Assembly (NCBI GenBank): GCA_963701965.1
Contig: OY969695.1
Coordinates: 3,488,001 to 3,552,000, forward strand
Reading direction: 5' to 3'
Length of the DNA: 64,000 nucleotides
Origin: an uncultured Gemmatimonadales bacterium
GTDB lineage: Bacteria > Gemmatimonadota > Gemmatimonadetes > Gemmatimonadales > Gemmatimonadaceae
The notes beneath the pieces were generated by a model, which was not told where the DNA came from, did no database searches, and saw only the letters and a list, made by a program, of their open reading frames with translations. The position numbers were made by a program, and so were the translations under genes. Within the stretch, counting starts at the first letter, position 1. Every line of letters starts with the position of its first letter. Below, piece by piece: positions 1 to 8,888 of the stretch.

Positions 1-1
1 C

Positions 2-310
2 GCCGTGGATGTGCTGGAGAGCGTCAGTCGCGTGCGCGACGGCGTCATCTCGGCCGAGCATCTGGAGGCGGCCAATCTCATTCTGCGCGCCGAAGCGACG
101 TATCGGGCGCACGAAGATCTCATCGCCGTGGGCGCGTACAAGAGCGGGGCGGATCGACTCGTCGATGCCGCGATCGCGTTACGAGGGGAAATGTTGCAGT
201 TCCTGGTTCAGCGGCCGGCGGATAGCTGCACGTTCGACGAAGTGCGCGGCCGGCTGGTCGCGCTGGCGCACCGCATCGTGGCCCACCAGGCCGGTCGGGC
301 GGCGGCATGA
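2..310 (+). CDS. fliI: Flagellar export ATPase, C-terminal part (truncated by window start)
   Basis: DVLESVSRV...EDLIAVGAYKSGAD...DAAI is the FliI/SctN C-terminus; lies directly upstream of fliJ with a 4-nt overlap. Confidence 0.9.
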   Translation, partial: AVDVLESVSRVRDGVISAEHLEAANLILRAEATYRAHEDLIAVGAYKSGADRLVDAAIALRGEMLQFLVQRPADSCTFDEVRGRLVALAHRIVAHQAGRAAA

Positions 311-756
311 AGCGATTTCAGTTCCGGCTGGAACGGCTGCTCCAAGTCCGCCAGGCCGTCGAATCGGAGCAGGCCCGGCGCCTCGGCGAGGCGCAGTGGG
401 TCCAGACCGAGTGCGAGCGCGTGGTCGACGAGCGGGCGGCGCGGGTCATCGAGGCGACCCTGCAGCTGGCCACCGAGTCGCCCACCGGGCGGACGGTCGG
501 CATGTGGTCGAACCTCGCTTTGATCCTCAATGCGGCGCGGGCGGCGCTGGTCGTCGCCGAAAAGGAGTACCGCGATGCCTCGGACGTCGTGGCGACGGAG
601 CGGGCGCAGTTCGACGAGGCGCGACAGGCGCGCCGGACGATCGAGCGGTTGCGCGAGCAGCGGTATGAGACGTGGCAGATGGATGTGACGCACGAAGAGC
701 AGCGGACGGTCGACGAGGTCGCGCTCCGGCGCTTTCGCGCGCGAGGCGTGACATGA
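307..756 (+). CDS. fliJ: Flagellar export protein FliJ
   Basis: MKRFQFRLERLL start, coiled-coil body, C-terminal EEQRTVDEVA; follows fliI. Confidence 0.9.
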   Translation: MKRFQFRLERLLQVRQAVESEQARRLGEAQWVQTECERVVDERAARVIEATLQLATESPTGRTVGMWSNLALILNAARAALVVAEKEYRDASDVVATERAQFDEARQARRTIERLREQRYETWQMDVTHEEQRTVDEVALRRFRARGVT

Positions 757-1505
757 AGAACGTCATCGTCGCGGTCATCGCTTTCGCGTTGGCGCTGGGG
801 GGGAGTACGGGGCTCGCGGTCACGCGGCTGCGCAAAGCGGCGGCGGCCGCGGCGGCCGCTGCGGCCGCGGACTCGGCGGCTCGCAAAGCGCGCCCCAAAC
901 CGATCAATCCGGACTCGGTGGGTCTCGTGCACGACTCGACGGCCAAGTCGGATTCCGCCGCGACGCACGACTCGGCGGGGGCCAAGCACGACACGACGGC
1001 CGTGAAATCCGACTCGGCCGCGTTGGCCAATGCGATGCGGGCCGTGCGGACGCCGGTCGTCCCGGCGAGACCGGCGCCGCGTCCGACCAAGCGCGCGAAA
1101 CGCGCGCCGAAGCCGGCGCCGCCGGCTCCGAAGCCAACGCCCAAGCCGGCCGACTCGGCGGCGGCGCCGGTCGCGCAGAGCGCGCAGCCGGCCAAGGCGA
1201 TACCGACCGCGGGCAAGCCGGGTCCGGCGAAAGCGACGCCGGCCAGTGGCAAGCCGGCGCATGCCGCGCCTCCCATGTCGAAATCCGAGGCGCAGATCGC
1301 CGCGCTCAAGCGCATCGGCAAGGTGCTGGCGAACATGAAGCCGGCCGAGGCGGCGAAAGTGCTGGCCTATCTGAACGACACGCAGGTGGCGGAGATCATC
1401 AGCCAACTCAGTCCACGCACCGCCGGACCGGTCATGGCGGCGCTCCCACAGGAACGGGCGGGCGCCGTGAGCCAACGGCTCTTGCAAGTCAAGGAGGCTC
1501 CCTAA
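753..1505 (+). CDS. MotE/FlbB/YlxF-like membrane protein with C-terminal MgtE_N-type helical domain
   Basis: ATG at 753 overlaps the fliJ stop (ATGA); N-terminal TM helix, Ala/Pro/Lys linker, then KVLANMKPAEAAKVL...IISQLSPRTAGPVMAAL...A; typical position between fliJ and fliK. Confidence 0.7.
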   Translation: MKNVIVAVIAFALALGGSTGLAVTRLRKAAAAAAAAAAADSAARKARPKPINPDSVGLVHDSTAKSDSAATHDSAGAKHDTTAVKSDSAALANAMRAVRTPVVPARPAPRPTKRAKRAPKPAPPAPKPTPKPADSAAAPVAQSAQPAKAIPTAGKPGPAKATPASGKPAHAAPPMSKSEAQIAALKRIGKVLANMKPAEAAKVLAYLNDTQVAEIISQLSPRTAGPVMAALPQERAGAVSQRLLQVKEAP

Positions 1506-3059
1506 GTGCATCCGATTTCCGCGACGCATCACGCCGCGCCGACGCAGGACCGACAGAATGCGACGCAAGGGTCGTCGGACGGAACGGTAAACCCGTTCGC
1601 GTTCCTCCTGCTCGGCGCGTTGCAGCCGCTCCTGGCGACGCCGCCCCTGGGGCCGGCGACCGGTGCGGCGCCGGGGTCCGACGGTGGCGCGACGCCCCAG
1701 GCGTCGACGACCGCGGACCCCGCGTCGCCGCCGCCTCTGCCAGCCGTCCTGGCATCGTCGCCGTCGGCGCGCACCGGCGTGTCGCTCATCCAACCGCTGC
1801 CGCCGGACGTCAAGGTCATCGAAGCCGTCATCGGCGGTGCGCAGGCCCCGCAGGTGCGGGGGCAGATCCAGGCCGCCGAGAATGCGCTGGCGACGACGCC
1901 TCCGGCGTCGATCGCATCGCACAACGCGGCGACCAATGCCTCGTCAGGCAACGCGGCCTCGGTGCTCGCGGCCATCGCCGGCGAGGCATCCCATGCGCTG
2001 AGCCAATTGTCGACTGGGACACCCGCGCCGTTTGCGACGCAGGCCAATGCCGCGCGGTCGAACACGCCGGCGCCTTCGGCGCCAGGCGCATCGCTGTCAG
2101 GCGCACTGACATCAGGCGCATCGACGTCGGGTACGTTGACATCAGGTGCGTTGACAGCAGGGTTCGGCGCATCGACGGCAGGCGCGTCGATATCAGGTGC
2201 GTCGACATCGGGCGGATCGGCGTCAGCCGCATCCGCGTCAGGCGCATCGTCATCAGGCGCATCGTCGTCTGGGGCATCGTCACACGCGTTGACGGCCGGC
2301 GCGGTACGCGCCGCGCCGTCGTACACGGGATCCGGGTCAGGTGGGGGCTCGGGAGCAGGCACCCGATTTGGTTCAGGTTCGGGGTCGTCGAGCTCCGGCG
2401 CGCCCGGTTCGGGCGCGTCCGGTTACGGCTCGTCAAGTTCGGGCTCCGATTCGGGCACGGGTTCGAGCAGCTCGAGCGCGACGGGGGGCCGCGCCGCGCG
2501 CGGCGCAAAGGGTCCCGTCTCCGCGTCCTCCGTCGCCGCCGAGTCCCACGCGGCGGCGCCGATGCCATTCGCCGCGCCTGGCACACCGGGTTCACCCACG
2601 GTGCCCGCCGCGCCCGATGGCTCGCAGGTCGCCATCGCCGCCCCGGTCGACCTGTCGATGCGGCCGACGACGCCAAGCACGCCGTCGCTGCCCGCGGCGC
2701 CGCTGACGGAGCCGCCACCGCCGGCCCCGCCGCGGACCGATCGGATCACGCTGCAGGTCGCGGACGAATCAGGCCCGGCCCGCATTCAGGTCTCCGTGCG
2801 AGGCACGGAAGTCACCGCCCGCATCGTGACCTCCGATGCCACGAGCAACACGAACCTCGCCAGCTCGGCGAACGAACTGCGCGATGCCCTGGCGCGCCAA
2901 GGCTACGACCAGGTCAAGGTGACGGTGCCACCAACCCCGTTGGCGCTCCGTGACACCCCACGCGAACCCGCCAACCAACACACCTCCACCCCTCAAGGGC
3001 GCGACCAACAGCCGAACGGCCGCCCGCAACAACGCTCCCGCCGCGAGCGGGAAAGGTAG
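1506..3059 (+). CDS. fliK: Hook-length control protein FliK
   Basis: Long low-complexity Ser/Gly/Ala/Pro region and C-terminal ITLQV...GPARIQVSVRGTEVTARI...LRDALARQG domain; directly upstream of flgD. Start codon uncertain. Confidence 0.75.
   Translation: MHPISATHHAAPTQDRQNATQGSSDGTVNPFAFLLLGALQPLLATPPLGPATGAAPGSDGGATPQASTTADPASPPPLPAVLASSPSARTGVSLIQPLPPDVKVIEAVIGGAQAPQVRGQIQAAENALATTPPASIASHNAATNASSGNAASVLAAIAGEASHALSQLSTGTPAPFATQANAARSNTPAPSAPGASLSGALTSGASTSGTLTSGALTAGFGASTAGASISGASTSGGSASAASASGASSSGASSSGASSHALTAGAVRAAPSYTGSGSGGGSGAGTRFGSGSGSSSSGAPGSGASGYGSSSSGSDSGTGSSSSSATGGRAARGAKGPVSASSVAAESHAAAPMPFAAPGTPGSPTVPAAPDGSQVAIAAPVDLSMRPTTPSTPSLPAAPLTEPPPPAPPRTDRITLQVADESGPARIQVSVRGTEVTARIVTSDATSNTNLASSANELRDALARQGYDQVKVTVPPTPLALRDTPREPANQHTSTPQGRDQQPNGRPQQRSRRERER
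2085..2282 (+). repeat. Degenerate 15-nt tandem repeat encoding GASxS pentapeptides in fliK
   Basis: Units such as ggcgcatcgctgtca, ggcgcactgacatca, ggcgcatcgtcatca; about 13 copies. Confidence 0.85.
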
Positions 3060-3062
3060 ACC

Positions 3063-3872
3063 ATGCAGACGACGACGATCAGACACCCCATGCTGCAGTC
3101 GACGGTGCTGGCGCCCAAGACGCACGCCGCCGCCGCGAGCGCGCCGGCCAACGGCACGACGCCCAATGCCGGCACCAATGGTACCGGCGGCACGGGCAGC
3201 ACGTCGAATACCAATGCCGCCACGGGCTCGAGCGCCGACGCGACCGGGAATCCGAACGCGACGCTCAACGAGTCGGACTTCATCACCCTGCTCGTGACGC
3301 AGCTCCAAAACCAGGACCCATTGAACACGGTCCCGCCCGACCAGCTCGCGTCCGAGCTGGCCCAGTTCACGAGCGTCTCCGAGCTCCAGCAGCTCAACTC
3401 GCAGTTCGCCAATCAGGTCACCGCCACGAACTCGAACACCGCGGCGGTGCAAGCCAGCTTGGGCGAATCGCTCATCGGCCGCCAGGTGATCGGCACGGGC
3501 AACCAGGTCGACGTCAGCGGCAACACCACGAGCGTGATCGCCGACATCGGCGGTTCCGGCGGCGTCGCCTCGCTCACGCTGTCCGATGGCAACGGCAACA
3601 CGGTCGGCACGTTCCCCTTGGGTCCCGTGCAGGCCGGGCGTCAGGTCCTGTCGTTCCCAACCAACGGCGTCAAGGCCGGTCCGTACACCTACGCCCTCAA
3701 GGTCACCGACCCGTCGGGTAACTCCGTTTCGTCGACGACCTACATGGCCGGTACGGTCAACGGCGTCGACCTCTCCAACGGCGCGCCAACGCTCGACTTG
3801 GGCGATCTGACGTTGCCGATCAGCAATCTCATTGAAGTGCTCCCCGTTCAAGCCGCAGCGAACTCCAACTAA
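3063..3872 (+). CDS. flgD: Hook capping protein FlgD
   Basis: DFITLLVTQLQNQDPLN...LAQFTSVSEL motif plus FlgD Ig-like C-terminal region. Confidence 0.95.
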   Translation: MQTTTIRHPMLQSTVLAPKTHAAAASAPANGTTPNAGTNGTGGTGSTSNTNAATGSSADATGNPNATLNESDFITLLVTQLQNQDPLNTVPPDQLASELAQFTSVSELQQLNSQFANQVTATNSNTAAVQASLGESLIGRQVIGTGNQVDVSGNTTSVIADIGGSGGVASLTLSDGNGNTVGTFPLGPVQAGRQVLSFPTNGVKAGPYTYALKVTDPSGNSVSSTTYMAGTVNGVDLSNGAPTLDLGDLTLPISNLIEVLPVQAAANSN

Positions 3873-3886
3873 GAGGCTTTTCCCTT

Positions 3887-5151
3887 ATGATGCCCGCTCT
3901 CTACTCGGCCGTGTCCGGGTTGACCAACGAACAAACCGCTATGGACGTGATCGGTAACAACATCGCCAACGTCAATACGGTGGCGTTCAAGGCGTCGCGC
4001 ACGACGTTCAAGGAAGCGTTCTCGCAGCTGCTCCAGGGCGCCGGTCAGCCCAACGGCAACATCGGCGGCACCGATCCGGTGCAGATCGGATCCGGCATGG
4101 ACCTGGGTAGCGTCGACCAGCTGTTCACGCAAGGGACGATGCAGAACACCGGCGTCAATACCGACCTCGCGATCCAGGGCAACAGCTTCTTCGTGCTCAA
4201 GAACGGCGAGCAGGATCTCTACACCCGCGCGGGGAATTTCCAGTTCGACGCCAATGGCAACCTCGTGGCGCCGGACAGTGGCTTCATTGTTCAAGGCATC
4301 AATGCCGATACCGCCGGCAACTTCTCGGCAAACGCCGCGATCGGGGACATCACGATCGCGCAGGGCCAGCAGACGCCGGCCAAGGCGACGGCCAACGTCA
4401 CGTTGACCGGGAACCTCGATCAGGGCGCGGCGGCTGGCACCACGACCAGATGGGCATCACCGTGTTCGACTCGGCCGGTGGGCCGCACAACATGGATTTG
4501 ACGTTCACGGCGACGGCCACGCCGGGCAGTTGGACGTGGGCCGCCACCGACGGTGACACCCCGCCGACGGCGACCATTACGGCCGGTGGCACGGGCACGG
4601 CGACGTTCAGCCCCACGGGGTCGCTGGCCACGTTCACCGGCGGTCAGCCGATGACGATCACGCCGAGCGGCGGTGGCGCGGCGTTCAACGTCACGGTCAA
4701 TCCCGGCGCCGTCAACGGCATCAGTGGTCTGGCGGGCTTCGCCGCGACGTCGAACGCGGTCATCAGCGCGCAGGACGGCTTTCAGGCGGGCAAGCTCTCG
4801 AGCATCAGCATCAACTCGAGCGGCGTGATCAGCGGCACATTCACCAACGGCGTGACGCGCGACCTGGCGCAGATCGCCCTGGCGCAATTCAACAATCCCT
4901 CGGGATTGGTGCAGAGCGGGAACAACACGTACGAGCAGTCGTCCAACTCCGGCACCGGCGTCATTGGGTTCGCCGGCATCAGTGACCCGTCGAGCATTAC
5001 GGCGGGTGCGCTCGAGAACTCGAACGTCGACATCAGCACCGAGTTCACGAACATGATCGTGTCGGAGCGCGGCTTCCAAGCCAACGCCCAGGTCATCACC
5101 ACGGCCAATACGATGCTCCAGACCCTGGTGAACCTGACCGGGCCGGCGTAA
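3887..5151 (+). CDS. flgE: Flagellar hook protein FlgE (one-base deletion frameshift near 4441-4450)
   Basis: N-terminal IGNNIANVNTVAFK and YTRAGNF in ORF 3887..4501; C-terminal GALENSNVDISTEFTNMIVSERGFQANAQVI in ORF 4450..5151. Confidence 0.92.
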
Positions 5152-5159
5152 GGCCAGGG

Positions 5160-5199
5160 GTTTGCCGGGGCGGCAAAGCTCGACCGCGCCCCGGCAAAC
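5160..5199. repeat. Perfect 13-bp inverted repeat after flgE (terminator and/or activator sites)
   Basis: GTTTGCCGGGGCG (5160-5172) and CGCCCCGGCAAAC (5187-5199); only a weak U-tract follows. Confidence 0.7.
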
Positions 5200-5240
5200 T
5201 CTTCCCGGTCTCCCCCCGGGTCGAACCGGGGCTGTAAGCA

Positions 5241-5253
5241 TAAGTTGTTGATA
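5241..5253 (-). promoter_or_regulatory. IHF-type binding site
   Basis: Reverse complement TATCAACAACTTA matches WATCAANNNNTTR exactly; lies in an AT-rich island upstream of a -24/-12 element. Confidence 0.65.
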
Positions 5254-5280
5254 TTCAAGCATTTATACTTCCGGCCGAGG

Positions 5281-5296
5281 TTGGTATGACCGTTGC
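5281..5296 (+). promoter_or_regulatory. sigma54 (-24/-12) promoter for the fliL operon
   Basis: TTGGTATGACCGTTGC: GG(5283-84)-N10-GC(5295-96). Confidence 0.7.
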
Positions 5297-5310
5297 CTTA
5301 GGCACCGGTC

Positions 5311-5850
5311 ATGAGCAACGAACCCGAACCGGCCGAAGCAGCAGCTCCGGAAGCTCAAGCCCCGGCCAAGCGCAGCGGAAGTCTCCTCCTCGTCGTCGCC
5401 GGTCTGGTCGGCGGCGTGCTCGGGGGCGGTGTGGGCGGTGTGGTCCTCGCCCCTCGCATGGTCGGCAAGACCCCCGCGAGCGCCGAAGCGGCCCAATCAG
5501 GCAAAAGCGGAAAAAGCGAAAAGGGTGAGAAGAAGGGCACCCCGGCGGCCGACCGCGTGTTCCGCATCGACAACGTGATCGTGAACCCGGCGGGTTCCGA
5601 AGGCACGCGGTTTCTCATGACGTCGGTCGCGTTCGAGGTCAGTGACGAGGTGGCCGAGTCGGCGCTCAAGGCCCACGAGCTCGAGCTGCGCGACCTGGTG
5701 GTCGGCAAGCTCCTGACGATGACCATGCCGATGTTGACGGCCCCGCATGCCCGCGACTCGCTCAAGATCGCGCTGGCCCAGGCCGCGCGGCAGTTCGTCG
5801 GGCCCACGGGCGATATCGCCGTCTACCTCCCGCAATTCGTGATTCAGTAA
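5311..5850 (+). CDS. fliL: Flagellar basal body protein FliL
   Basis: Single TM helix, then IVNPAGSEGTRFL...ELRDLVV...VYLPQFVIQ. Confidence 0.93.
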   Translation: MSNEPEPAEAAAPEAQAPAKRSGSLLLVVAGLVGGVLGGGVGGVVLAPRMVGKTPASAEAAQSGKSGKSEKGEKKGTPAADRVFRIDNVIVNPAGSEGTRFLMTSVAFEVSDEVAESALKAHELELRDLVVGKLLTMTMPMLTAPHARDSLKIALAQAARQFVGPTGDIAVYLPQFVIQ

Positions 5851-5851
5851 C

Positions 5852-7211
5852 GTGGTCAACTTCATCGATCAGCAGAAGGACATCGACTCGATCCTCAAGG
5901 GCGCGTCGGTCGCGGCCCGTGCGACCGCGCCGCCGGTCGATGCGCAGCCGTACAACTTTCTGCGCCCCCACCGGATCTCCAAGGATCGCCGGAACGCGCT
6001 CAACGCGATCTATCAGCGGTTTTGCTTCTCGCTGCAGACGCTGCTCACGTCGCGGTTCCGCCAAGCGACCGACGCGGTCGTCGCCGGCGTCGAGCAAGCG
6101 ACGTTCGCCGAATTCATCATGTCGCTGGGCACGCCCTGCGCGGCGTTCGTGTTCGACCTGGGCGACGGCAGCGGCATCCTCGGCGTGTGCGATCTCGGGA
6201 CGGAGCTGGCCTTTCGGTTGATCGATCGCATGTTCGGCGGGCCGGGGACGACGCGCGATATCGCGCGGCCGCCGACCCAGCTCGAGCAGCTCGTGCTCAA
6301 GGGCGTGGTCGACTACGTCCTGCAGGCGCTGGGGAACGCGTGGCAGGAATACCTCCCCTTCCGGCCGATCCAGATCGCCTTCGACGCCACGCCCGAGCAT
6401 TCTGGCGGTCGCCAATCGCGAAGACAGCGTGCTGGTGGCCAATATCGACGTCAAGACGGCGGGGTTCAGCGCGCCGGTGACGGTCTGCATTCCGCTGCAA
6501 GCGCTCGAGTCGTTCCTGCAGGAAAAGCGCTCGATGATCACGCGCGTGGGCCAGCACGAGGCGCAGAACCGCGCCGCCGTGCGGGCCGACGTCGAAGCGG
6601 CGATCCGGCGGGCGCGGGTCATGGTCGCGGCGCGATTTCCGACGTTCGGGTTACCCGCGCGTAGCCTCGTCGGCCTCTCGGCCGGCCAAGTCATCGAGAC
6701 CGGTCTCCCGCTCGATGTGCCCGCCGAAGTGTTGGTCAGCGGGCGCGTGCGGTTTCTCGGCAATGCTGGACAAGTCCGCCGGAATGCCGGCGTCCGGATT
6801 CTCCAATCGGCTCAGGGCGAACGGTCCGGAGCCACTACGCGCGTGCGCGCGAGGATTCTCATGAACTACCCCAATTCCGATCAGAACAGCGATCCGGCGT
6901 TCGACCAAATCGATGTCGCGCCGCTGGCCGAGCTGGGCGCGTCGGCGGGCAACGGCGGCGTGCAGACGCTCGACGCGCTGCTCGACGTCAACCTGCCGGT
7001 CACGATCGAGTTCGGGCGGACCGCCATGGTCGTGCAAGAGGTGCTGGGCTTGGGACCAGGATCGGTGATCCAGCTGAGCCGCATGGTCGGCGAGCCGGTC
7101 GACGTCTATGTCGCCGACCGCAAGTTCGCCGAGGGCGAAGTCGTGGTCGTCGGCGAGCACTTCGGCGTCCGTATCATCCGCATTCTTCCCGCTAGCGATC
7201 AACAGGCTTGA
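5852..7211 (+). CDS. fliM: Motor switch protein FliM (one-base insertion near 6392-6398), continuing in frame into a FliN domain
   Basis: QPYNFLRPHRISKD and EQATFAEFIMSLGTP in ORF 5852..6664; ANREDSVLVA and a SpoA domain in ORF 6429..7211; no stop codon before the FliN part. Confidence 0.85.
6861..7211 (+). CDS. fliN: Motor switch protein FliN (internal start within the fliM frame)
   Basis: LLDVNLPVTIEFGRT...GPGSVIQL...GEPVDVYV...AEGEVVVVGEHFGVRI; ATG at 6861 is preceded by GAGGA at 6851-6855. Confidence 0.85.
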   Translation: MNYPNSDQNSDPAFDQIDVAPLAELGASAGNGGVQTLDALLDVNLPVTIEFGRTAMVVQEVLGLGPGSVIQLSRMVGEPVDVYVADRKFAEGEVVVVGEHFGVRIIRILPASDQQA

Positions 7212-8614
7212 GCGGTTTCTCCATGTTCTCGATGCTCGCCGCGTTCGCGGTCACGATCGGTCTGCTCTTTCTCACGCTCCACCTGCTCCGGCGGCTCAAC
7301 GGCTCGGCCGGCGCACGGGGGCGCGTGCCCATGACCATGATCCAGCGCGTGGCGACCGGGCCCAAACAGAGTGTCGGGCTCCTGCGCGTTGGCGATCGTG
7401 TGCTCGTCGTGTCGCTGGCGGAGCGCGGGACCACGTTGCTCACCGAGCTGTCGGGCGACGCGTTGCGTGACGCCATCGCCGAGGCGCCCGCGGCCACGCC
7501 GGCTCAGCGGGTTGCGCCGTTCCGGTTGGCGCTTGGCAAGGCCATGGGATTCGCGCGGGTTGGGACGCTCGCTCTTGTAATGAGTGTCGGCGCGCACGCC
7601 GCGCGTGCGCAGGCGCCTGCTCCCGCTCCCGCGCCCAAGGCCGGCGCGAACGCCCCAGCGAACGCGACAGCGAACGCGACAGCGAACGCCCCGGCAACGC
7701 CGGCTCCCGCAACGCCGGCTCCCGCGACGCCGGCTGCCCCGGGCTTCCGCACCGGGACGCGCTTGTCGCCGAGCGCCGCGCGAGCGGCGTTATCGGCAGC
7801 GCTGGCGGCGCCGCAGGCGCCGACAGCGCCGACGATCCAGGCGACAATCCCGATCCAGCCGATCGCCCCACGCCCCGGCAAACAAGCCATCGGCGCCCGC
7901 GGCCCCACGCTGCCGGTCCCGAGCGTCAGCGGCCCGGCGAGCCCCAAGGTCGACTTCAACATCGGCCAGGGCGACAGCCAGCTCAAGCTGACGGGCACCG
8001 TCGGCCTCGTCGTCTTCCTGGGCGCGATGACGGTGCTGCCCGCGCTCTTCTTGTTGATGACGAGCTTCACCCGCGTGCTGATCGTCTTGCATTTCCTGCG
8101 GTCGGCGCTCGGCACCCAAACCGCGCCCCCCAGCCAGCTGCTCGTCGCGCTCTCCGTCCTCCTGACGGGCGTGATCATGCACCCGGTCCTCGACCGCGTC
8201 ACCGCCGACGCACTCACGCCGTACTTCGACGGCCGCCTGTCCCAGGTCGAGGCCTACAACAAGGGCGTGCTCCCGTTCCGCGAATTCATGCTGGCGAACG
8301 TCCGCGAGAGCGATATCGCCTCATTCGCCGACATGAGCGGCATCACCAATGTGAAGTCGGTCGACGATCTCCCCACCGTGACCATTGTCGCCGCGTTCGT
8401 CACCAGCGAGCTCCGGACGTCCTTCCAGATGGGCTTCGCGATCTTCCTGCCATTCATCGTGGTCGACATGATCGTCGCCTCGGTGCTCATGAGCATGGGG
8501 ATGATGATGCTCCCGCCGGCCATGGTGTCGCTGCCATTCAAGTTGCTGCTCTTCGTGCTCGCCGATGGATGGACGCTCGTGATCCGCAACCTCGTCGCCA
8601 GCTTCAAGGTCTAG
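7208..8614 (+). CDS. fliP: FliO-FliP fusion, export gate protein
   Basis: N-terminal FliO-like domain (TM + GPKQSVGLLRVGDRVLVV...TTLLTEL); C-terminal FliP (LLMTSFTRVLIVL, AAFVTSELRTSFQMG, SLPFKLLLFVLADGW). Confidence 0.92.
   Translation: MSGFSMFSMLAAFAVTIGLLFLTLHLLRRLNGSAGARGRVPMTMIQRVATGPKQSVGLLRVGDRVLVVSLAERGTTLLTELSGDALRDAIAEAPAATPAQRVAPFRLALGKAMGFARVGTLALVMSVGAHAARAQAPAPAPAPKAGANAPANATANATANAPATPAPATPAPATPAAPGFRTGTRLSPSAARAALSAALAAPQAPTAPTIQATIPIQPIAPRPGKQAIGARGPTLPVPSVSGPASPKVDFNIGQGDSQLKLTGTVGLVVFLGAMTVLPALFLLMTSFTRVLIVLHFLRSALGTQTAPPSQLLVALSVLLTGVIMHPVLDRVTADALTPYFDGRLSQVEAYNKGVLPFREFMLANVRESDIASFADMSGITNVKSVDDLPTVTIVAAFVTSELRTSFQMGFAIFLPFIVVDMIVASVLMSMGMMMLPPAMVSLPFKLLLFVLADGWTLVIRNLVASFKV
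7646..7738 (+). repeat. Two short tandem repeats in the FliO-FliP linker
   Basis: 4 x 12 nt gcgaacgc(g/c)(a/c)c(a/g) at 7646-7693, then 3 x 15 nt gcaacgccggctccc-like at 7694-7738. Confidence 0.85.
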
Positions 8615-8618
8615 CCCA

Positions 8619-8888
8619 ATGACTCCCATCATGGCGATCGAGCTGGTGCGCCGCGCCGTCACGCTGACCCTGATGATCGCGGGTCCGCTGCTGGTGACAG
8701 GTCTGCTCGTCGGGATCGTCGTTGGCCTGATCCAGGCCGTCACCCAGATCCAGGAACAGACCCTGACGTTCATCCCCAAGGCCGCGGCCGTGAGCGTCGT
8801 GCTCCTGCTGCTCCTGCCCTGGATGCTGCGCCAACTGATCGAGTACCTGATCGAAGTGATGCGCTCGCTCCCGATGCTCGCCGGATGA
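8619..8888 (+). CDS. fliQ: Export gate protein FliQ
   Basis: QAVTQIQEQTLTFIPK motif, 89 aa. Confidence 0.97.
   Translation: MTPIMAIELVRRAVTLTLMIAGPLLVTGLLVGIVVGLIQAVTQIQEQTLTFIPKAAAVSVVLLLLLPWMLRQLIEYLIEVMRSLPMLAG

Noticed and set aside
1529..2362. Antisense ORF with acidic DAPDD repeats
   Set aside because: It is the reverse reading of the GASxS repeat in fliK; no independent evidence.
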